From assembly GCA_963663165.1 (NCBI GenBank), contig OY760175.1, forward strand, positions 6,368,001 to 6,432,000: DNA of 64,000 nt, read 5' to 3'. Of this stretch, positions 57,554 to 64,000 are shown piece by piece. Position 1 is the stretch's first letter, and every line of letters starts with the position of its first letter. Below the pieces are notes generated by a model. That model saw only the letters and a program-made list of their open reading frames with translations, was not told the origin of the DNA and searched no databases. Position numbers and translations under genes: made by a program. Source of the DNA: an uncultured Desulfospira sp. Lineage in GTDB: Bacteria > Desulfobacterota > Desulfobacteria > Desulfobacterales > Desulfobacteraceae.

Positions 57554-57837
57554 CAATTTTTTGAAGATTATCCTTATTTTCAATTCCGGGATAGATGGCT
57601 TTCTTTTACATGCGATTGCCCTGGGCGGAAAGCCTTTACGGATGGTGTTTTTAAATTTCAAATATCTTCGGCTATATTGAAATTTTTGCTTTCGTTCCTT
57701 CTTGTAACCCTTTTGTAACCAGGGATGTGATATGGGGTCTCCTGATATGGGGAAACATCAGTTTCACCTGCCGTGCGTCTGTGGCATGGCGGTTTAGCCT
57801 CCCCGAAAACCATAACTTATCAAGGAGATCCGCCAAC

Positions 57838-60800
57838 ATGAAATTTACACGTCGTCGTTTCTTAAAGCTCGCGGGAACAGGGGTGGCCGTACTCCCCCTC
57901 GGGCAGTTGGGAATCAACCTTTCGCCGGTGAAGACCTATGCGGCCGGCATGAAGATTGACGGGGCAAAGGAAGTGATTTCCATTTGTCCCTTCTGTGCGG
58001 TTACCTGTCATTACATTGCCCATGTGAAAGACGGGAAGATCGTCAGCACCGAAGGAGACCCGGACTATCCCGTCAGCGAGGGCTCCCTGTGTGCCAAAGG
58101 GGCGGCCCAGTTGTCCATGATCAACAGCCACCACCGGCTGACCACCCCCCTTTACCGGGCGCCTTTCAGCGATAAATGGGAGGAAAAATCATGGGACTGG
58201 ACCCTGAACCGCCTGGCCGGCAAAATCAAAGAGACCCGGGACAGGGATTTTAAACAGGTCAATGCCAAGGGGCAGACCGTCAACCGGGTGGAATCCATCT
58301 TTCATTTAGGCTGTTCCATCATGGACAATGAGGAATGTGCCGTTGTCCATCAGGCGGCAAGGGGGCTTGGCCTGGTCCACTTTGACCATCAGGCCAGGAT
58401 CTGACACAGCGCAACGGTAGCGGCTCTGGCAGAGTCGTTTGGGCGCGGCGCAATGACCAATCACTGGATTGATCTTAAAAATACGGATTGTGTGTTTATC
58501 ATGGGGAGCAATGCCGCAGAGCATCACCCCGTCAGCTTCAAGTGGATCCTTCGGGCCAAAGACAATGGCGCCAAAATCATCCATGTGGATCCCAAATTCT
58601 CACGGACATCGGCCCGCTCCGATTTCCACGTCCCCTTAAGATCAGGGACCGATCTCGCCTTCCTGGGCGGGTTCATCAATTACATCATTGAAAACAAAAA
58701 GTACTTTGCCCCCTATGTCACCGAATATACCAATGCCTCATTTATCGTCAATGACGCATTCAAATTCCAGGACGGCATGTTCTCCGGGTATAATGCAGAC
58801 AAGAGAAAGTACGACAAAAGCACCTGGACTTTTAAAACCGACAAAAACGGCGTGCCCTTAAGGGACAAGACCCTTAAAGACAAGCAGTCGGTATTCCAGC
58901 TCATGAAGGCCCATTACCAGAGATACACCATTGACAAGGTGTCGGATACCACCGGGATATCCGAAGAAAACCTGCTCAAGGTATGGCAGACCTTTGCCGA
59001 AACCGGCCAGAAGGGCAAGGCCGGGGCCATCTGCTATGCTTTGGGATGGACCCAGCACACCGTGGGGGTTCAGAACATCCGGGCCAGCGCCCTGATCCAG
59101 CTGCTGCTGGGCAACATCGGCGTTGCCGGCGGCGGCATTGAAGCCTTGAGAGGCGAGCCCAATGTCCAGGGCTCAACCGACCATTGTATCCTCTGGCATA
59201 TTCTGCCCGGCTACCTGACCATGCCCAAGGCCCCGTGGAAAACCCTGGCCGATTACAATGCGGCCTGCACCCCGGTCAGCCATGATCCAAAGAGCGCCAA
59301 CTGGTGGCAGCACAAGCCTGCCTATATCGCCAGCCTGCTCAAGGCCTGGTACGGCGACAAGGGCACCAAAGAGAACGGCTTTGGTTACGACTGGATTCCC
59401 AAGGCCGATGTCGGGGAAGATTACTCCTATATGTTTATCTTTGACCGGATGTACAACGGGCAGATCAAAGGCGGATTCATCTGGGGCACCAACCCGGCCC
59501 AGAGCGTCCCCAATTCAAACAAGGTCCGAAAGGCCATGGATAATCTGGACTGGGCCTGCTTTGCCGAGGTACACCATACCGAATCAACGGATTACTGGCA
59601 CCGGCCCGGGGTGGATCCGTCAAAGATCAAGACCGAGTGTTTCCTGCTGCCCAGCGCCAATCGTGCGGAAAAAGACGGCTCCATCACCAACTCCGGCCGG
59701 TGGCAGCTCTGGCATTACAAGGCCGTCGAACCCCAGGGACAATGCCTCTCCCTTGGGGACATGTGCGTGAAAATCACCAACACGGTCAGAGACCTTTACA
59801 AAAAGGACGGGGGCACCTATCCCGCCCCCTTGCTGAACCTTGATTTCCCTCAAACTTATGATCCGGAGCGCCTGGCCCAGAAGTGCAACGGCTGGTTTAC
59901 CAAAGACACCACCATCAAAGGAAAGCTCTATAAAAAGGGGCAGCAGGTACCCAGCTTTGTGGCCCTCAAAGATGACGGGTCAACCCTTTCCTTGAACTGG
60001 CTCTATGCCGGCGGGTATACCGAAGAAGAACCGGGCAAAAAGGTGAACAAATCCAAACGCCGGGACCTGTCCCAGACCCCGGAACAGGCCAAAATCGGTC
60101 TTTTCCCCAACTACTCATGGTGCTGGCCTGTGAACCGGAGGATCCTTTACAACCGGGCCTCGGTGGACCTGAACGGCCAGCCCTGGGCCCCGGAACGGGC
60201 CGTTATCCGCTGGGACGGCGCCAAGTGGATCGGGGATGTGCCCGACGGCGGCTGGCCGCCCCTGGCCACCGGCAAGGGCCGGTATCCCTTTATCATGCAC
60301 AAGGAAGGCCATGGCCAGCTCTTTGGCCCGGGACGTGCCGAAGGGCCGTTCCCGGAACATTACGAACCCATTGAAACTCCCATTAAGTCGCATCCTTTCT
60401 CAAACCAGCTGAACAACCCCTGCGCGGTCATCCTCAATGGAGAGATGGACAAACTGGCCGGGGCAGCAAACCCGGATTACCCCATTGTCCTGACCACCTA
60501 CAGCATGACCGAACACTGGTGCGGCGGCGGTGAAACCAGGAATACGCCGCCCCTGCTGGAGGCCGAACCCCAGCTCTACGTTGAAATGAGCCCGGAACTG
60601 GCCAGGGAAAAAGGCATTCAAAACGGAGAGCCTGTGGTGGTTGAGAGTGTCCGGGGCGCGGTGGAGGCCATTGCCATGGTCACGGTGCGCATGCGGCCTT
60701 TCAAGATCCAGGGCAAAACGGTCCATGAAGTGGGCATGCCCTTTTGTTTCGGCTGGACCACAAAGGGCGTGGGCGACTCCACCAACCGGCTGACCCCGTC

Positions 60801-60891
60801 GGCAGGTGATCCCAATACCACCATTCCCGAATACAAGGCCTGCCTGGTCAATGTCAAAAAGGCCGGCAGCCTCAAGGAACTGGCCGTATAG
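57838..60891 (+). CDS. fdhA: Selenocysteine-containing formate dehydrogenase alpha subunit (FdnG/FdhA type), Tat-exported
   Basis: TRRRFLK Tat motif and CPFCAVTC. The in-frame TGA at 58402-58404 lies in HQARI-U-HSATVAALAESFGRGAMTN and joins two same-frame ORFs. LRGEPNVQG present. Confidence 0.96.
58402..58440 (+). promoter_or_regulatory. UGA-Sec codon and putative SECIS hairpin
   Basis: GCGGCTCT-GGC-AGAGTCGT stem-loop starting about 16 nt after the UGA. Confidence 0.75.
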
Positions 60892-60962
60892 GACACTGTT
60901 AGAATGTGATTTCAAGCACAGGGAAAAGACATTTTCCTTGTCTCAAATTAAGGAGTATACCA

Positions 60963-61712
60963 ATGGCCAATGCTTTTTTTATAGATGTATCCAGATGCAC
61001 CGCATGCCGGGGATGCCAGGTGGCCTGCAAGGAATGGCACAATCTCCCGGCCGTTGAAACCAAACAAAAGGGAACCCATCAGAACCCGCCGGACTTAAAC
61101 CCCTTCAACTACAAGGTGGTCCGTTTCAGAGAACACCTCAGGGACAACAACCGGGAACAGGTGGTCTGGAATTTCTTCCCGGACCAGTGCCGCCACTGCA
61201 CGGAACCGCCCTGCAAATTCATTGCCGATGATTATGTAGAGGGTGCCGTGGTTCAGGATGAGGTCACGGGCACGGTGCTTTATACCCAAAAGGCGGCCCA
61301 GCTTTCCAAGGAAGCCTTCAAGGAAATGCAGGGGGCCTGCCCCTATGATATCCCGCGCAGGGACCCTGCCACCGGTGCCGTGGTCAAGTGTGACGGCTGT
61401 TACGACCGTGTGGGCAACGGGCTGCTGCCCATGTGCGTGGCCACCTGTCCTACCGGGACCATGAATTTTGGGAAACGCGAAGAGATGATTGCGCTTGCCC
61501 ATTCACGGCTGGCCAAAGTCAAAAAACAATTTCCCAAGGCCCAGCTGGTGGATGAGGACAGCGTCAATGTGATTTACCTGATCACCGATGCGCCTGAATT
61601 TTATGCCGATTATGTCATGGCCCAGGCCAAACCCGCGCCCTCATTCCTGACCCGCAAAGAGTTCTTTGCCAGTATTGCCAGACCCCTGGTAAATGCCGGC
61701 GCAAAACTCTAA
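60963..61712 (+). CDS. fdhB: Formate dehydrogenase beta (Fe-S) subunit
   Basis: CTACRGCQVAC, CRHCTEPPC and KCDGC..PMCVATCPTG; AAGGAG RBS. Confidence 0.93.
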   Translation: MANAFFIDVSRCTACRGCQVACKEWHNLPAVETKQKGTHQNPPDLNPFNYKVVRFREHLRDNNREQVVWNFFPDQCRHCTEPPCKFIADDYVEGAVVQDEVTGTVLYTQKAAQLSKEAFKEMQGACPYDIPRRDPATGAVVKCDGCYDRVGNGLLPMCVATCPTGTMNFGKREEMIALAHSRLAKVKKQFPKAQLVDEDSVNVIYLITDAPEFYADYVMAQAKPAPSFLTRKEFFASIARPLVNAGAKL

Positions 61713-61749
61713 CGGGCTGGTCCGTACCGGCCACGGAGTTTGAATACAG

Positions 61750-61781
61750 GCCGCTCCACGCCCTGTGGAGCGGCGTTATTT
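61750..61781 (+). terminator. Terminator-like hairpin after fdhB
   Basis: GCCGCTCCAC-GCCCT-GTGGAGCGGC-GTTATTT. Confidence 0.6.
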
Positions 61782-61870
61782 AGCTTTTAGCCGTTAGCCT
61801 ATCAATTAGCCGTCAGCCCGCGGCTTATCCTTAAAAGCTAACAGCTAAAAGCCAACATCCAAGGAAAACC

Positions 61871-62788
61871 ATGAATCAGAATGAACACATCCGCCATGAA
61901 AGATCGTCAAAGGGAATTCAATCCGCCCTTGACACCTTAGCACAGCGAAAGCCGGCGCTATCCTCCCTTGTATCTGCCTTTGGTCCGGTGCTGACGGCAA
62001 AAGCCCAATTCAGGGAAAGCCTGCCGGAACTTGACCCGGTAACTGATCTTCCCGGCTTTGACCCGGTCCGGTTTTCCCAGGGCGCACCCTTGTTTGCCAC
62101 CATAGGCCTGATGGATTTCCAACAGGAGTTCAAATCGGCCGCCCAAATGATTTTGCCCCCCATGGCAAAGGCGTTCACCGGGATTCAGAGGGATATTGAA
62201 ATACTTGAAACCCGGATTGCGGACAACCTCCTTGAGCCCGCTGAATGCGTCCAGGCCTTTGTTGATGACGATGCCCCAAAAATAGAAGTCCTTGCGGCCC
62301 GGGCAGACATCAATCCTGCCGTCCTCAAATTTGCTCTGGCCCAGATGTCCGGGCCTTTTATGGAAGTCCAGGCTCAGGCCCTTTCCCCCCTGATAGAAGA
62401 TCATCAGTGGCTTTACGGGTATTGCCCGGTCTGCGGATCATACGCGGCGGTTGCAGGCCTTGCCGGCGAAGGGGGAAAGCGATGGCTTCAGTGCCCGGCC
62501 TGCGCCCATGAATGGCGTTTCAGCCGCCACACCTGCCCCCGGTGCAATAATAAAGACCACGACAGCCAGGAATACTTTTTTGATCAGAACAGCCCGGTCA
62601 AGGCGGCGGAACGGGTGAATGTCTGTAAAAAGTGTAAAACTTATCTGCTGACCATAGACCTGCGCCAGGCCATCGATCCGGTCAACATGGATGTGGCGGC
62701 CATGGGCATGGTGGGACTGGATATCCAGGCAAAGGAAAAGGGATACTCCCCGCTGGCGGCCACGGTCTGGAATTCATTGGGGCAGTAG
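61871..62788 (+). CDS. fdhE: Formate dehydrogenase accessory protein FdhE
   Basis: CPVCGS, CPAC, CPRC and CKKCKTYL; located in the fdh operon. Confidence 0.92.
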   Translation: MNQNEHIRHERSSKGIQSALDTLAQRKPALSSLVSAFGPVLTAKAQFRESLPELDPVTDLPGFDPVRFSQGAPLFATIGLMDFQQEFKSAAQMILPPMAKAFTGIQRDIEILETRIADNLLEPAECVQAFVDDDAPKIEVLAARADINPAVLKFALAQMSGPFMEVQAQALSPLIEDHQWLYGYCPVCGSYAAVAGLAGEGGKRWLQCPACAHEWRFSRHTCPRCNNKDHDSQEYFFDQNSPVKAAERVNVCKKCKTYLLTIDLRQAIDPVNMDVAAMGMVGLDIQAKEKGYSPLAATVWNSLGQ

Positions 62789-62807
62789 GCATGGGCAGCA
62801 GTTTTGA

Positions 62808-63074
62808 TCAGATTCTCTTTAAAGCCCTGTAAACCCGGTCATCATTGCGCTTATCAATCAGCGGTACCTTGAGGACATCATTCTCTACGCGGTAAATAAT
62901 TCTGTACTCGCCGACATCAGTGCGCCTGAAAGCATGCCCTTTCAGTGCTTGAGAATCGTTAGGCTCCGGGGCGCCCAACAAGGAGAGCAATTTTCTGACC
63001 ACCTGGCGAAATTGTTTGGGGGGCAATTGTTCGAGAAATGAAATGGCGGCTTTGGTCAGGTCAAGCTTAAGCAT
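62808..63074 (-). CDS. RelE/ParE family toxin
   Basis: LKGHAFRRTDVGEYRIIY...RNDDRVY. Confidence 0.9.
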   Translation of the reverse strand: MLKLDLTKAAISFLEQLPPKQFRQVVRKLLSLLGAPEPNDSQALKGHAFRRTDVGEYRIIYRVENDVLKVPLIDKRNDDRVYRALKRI

Positions 63075-63315
63075 TGTTTTTTGTCAAAACCGCCATTGAA
63101 GCATCTGTGCCGACATAGCCGCTTTTTTCCGCCTCCATTGCTTTTTGTGCCCAGTATTCATCCTCGGTTTTGGTCAGCCTTTCAAATTCTTCAACTGAGA
63201 TCAGGACAAAGGCTTCCCTCCCTGTTTTTTTCACCACAACCGGATTTGTTTTTGCGGCATCAAAATAGCGGCCTAAGCGGTTTTTAAATTCGGTCGCTGT
63301 TACCGTCATTTCCAT
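63067..63315 (-). CDS. Phd/YefM family antitoxin
   Basis: VTATEFKNRLGRYFD...PVVVKKTGR..FVLIS; overlaps the toxin start. Confidence 0.92.
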   Translation of the reverse strand: MEMTVTATEFKNRLGRYFDAAKTNPVVVKKTGREAFVLISVEEFERLTKTEDEYWAQKAMEAEKSGYVGTDASMAVLTKNNA

Positions 63316-63358
63316 TTTTGTTCTCCTGGTTTTTGATCCGTTTTACGTGACCAGAATA

Positions 63359-63378
63359 ACCATTTTAGCTAAAATGGT
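63359..63378. promoter_or_regulatory. Perfect 20-bp palindrome, candidate TA operator
   Basis: ACCATTTTAGCTAAAATGGT, about 45 bp upstream of the antitoxin start. Confidence 0.65.
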
Positions 63379-63455
63379 CAATGGTATCATTGGGGGGGAA
63401 CCTTTTACAGAAATAATAAATACCCTCCCCAAAAAGTTGTCAGGCACCGGCGGCT

Positions 63456-64000
63456 TTATACACGGCCTGCCGGAATGCCGGAGCTCCTTATATAGCGGCG
63501 TTGCCCTTTTGAAGATTCCAGGTCCGTTTCAGTTATGCCAAGGTCATCAAGTATGGCCTGGTCCTGGACCCCGGAAAGGGACTTTCGGATCCCCTCGCAA
63601 ACGTTTTTCAGATAAGGTTCCGATCCGGTGCGGTCACAGGGGCCGGGGTCAACAGCATGGTCCAAAAGGGTAATCCCAAGTCCTGTTTTTTTCTGTAACA
63701 GGACCCGCAGTTCATAAAGCACCTGCATGTTTACATCGCCCATGGGGACCATTACAATCTCAATATCCGTCTTTACAGGGGCGGGTTCCTCTAAGGGCGG
63801 TATCTGAAAATCATGATCCTTTAAAAACTGTCCGGCCTGATCCATCTGCGCTTCATCTTCGGTTAAATTATAGGTCAGCAAGGCTTTTTCACGGGCTTTG
63901 GCCATATCCTTGTTTTTTGCTAAAAGTGTGGCCAGTTTAAACTGGCTGGCCAGGTCCATGGCATTCGCTTCAAGGATTTTTTCAAGCAGCAACATAAGAT
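63456..64000 (-). CDS. Partial protein (TPR-like segment, then an archaemetzincin-like N-terminal strand/helix); 5' end probably outside the window, 3' end possibly truncated
   Basis: Open frame reaching the window edge; IVMVPMGDVN..VLYELRVLL; no HExxH before the stop. Confidence 0.45.
   Translation of the reverse strand, partial: LMLLLEKILEANAMDLASQFKLATLLAKNKDMAKAREKALLTYNLTEDEAQMDQAGQFLKDHDFQIPPLEEPAPVKTDIEIVMVPMGDVNMQVLYELRVLLQKKTGLGITLLDHAVDPGPCDRTGSEPYLKNVCEGIRKSLSGVQDQAILDDLGITETDLESSKGQRRYIRSSGIPAGRV

Noticed and set aside
57316..57718. Several short overlapping ORFs upstream of fdh
   Set aside because: They derive from the heptamer inverted repeat and AT-rich intergenic DNA; no RBS or protein motifs.
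58402..58404. fdh alpha subunit as a nonsense pseudogene
   Set aside because: The TGA is at the conserved Sec position, the frame continues and a SECIS-like hairpin follows.

Overview
Chromosomal window from a sulfate-reducing bacterium. Gene content and protein style suggest Desulfobacterales/Desulfobacteraceae, which is an inference. (1) Bases 1-32.1 kb are core genome: CoA-disulfide-reductase-like gene, phospholipase D, EndoQ-UvrD fusion, galU, dapA, dsrABD-dsrN-panC, tetraheme cytochrome c3, tatBC, DEAD helicase, yggT-divIVA, two PilT-family ATPases, PBP1A and a SPOR protein. Intergenic spaces hold REP doublets, MITE-like elements and heptamer repeats. (2) About 32.5-57.2 kb is an accessory island. 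It begins with a tyrosine-recombinase pseudogene (A8 slippery site, 152-bp MITE with 8-bp target duplication, two further frameshifts). It carries about 22 kb of co-oriented minus-strand genes: PAS sigma-54 activator, unlisted 32-aa basic peptide, ABM protein, B12 radical SAM, 2 SPFH proteins, diguanylate cyclase, FtsH, orphan GroEL, 2 GT4, 2 GH130, RelA/SpoT-domain protein and a transglutaminase-like protein. It ends with an IS5 remnant and hicAB. A bipartite motif ATAGTCYGGGGT-N36/37-AGTCCTC occurs once upstream of the recombinase and twice, inverted, at the far end, where the two copies bracket hicAB. Two sigma-54-type promoters in the island share a 14-4-14 bp enhancer-like site 99-100 bp upstream. 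(3) 57.8-64 kb holds a selenocysteine formate dehydrogenase operon (alpha, beta, FdhE), a RelE/Phd toxin-antitoxin pair and a partial gene. No rRNA, tRNA or CRISPR array was seen. All calls come from reading the sequence; no database searches were run.
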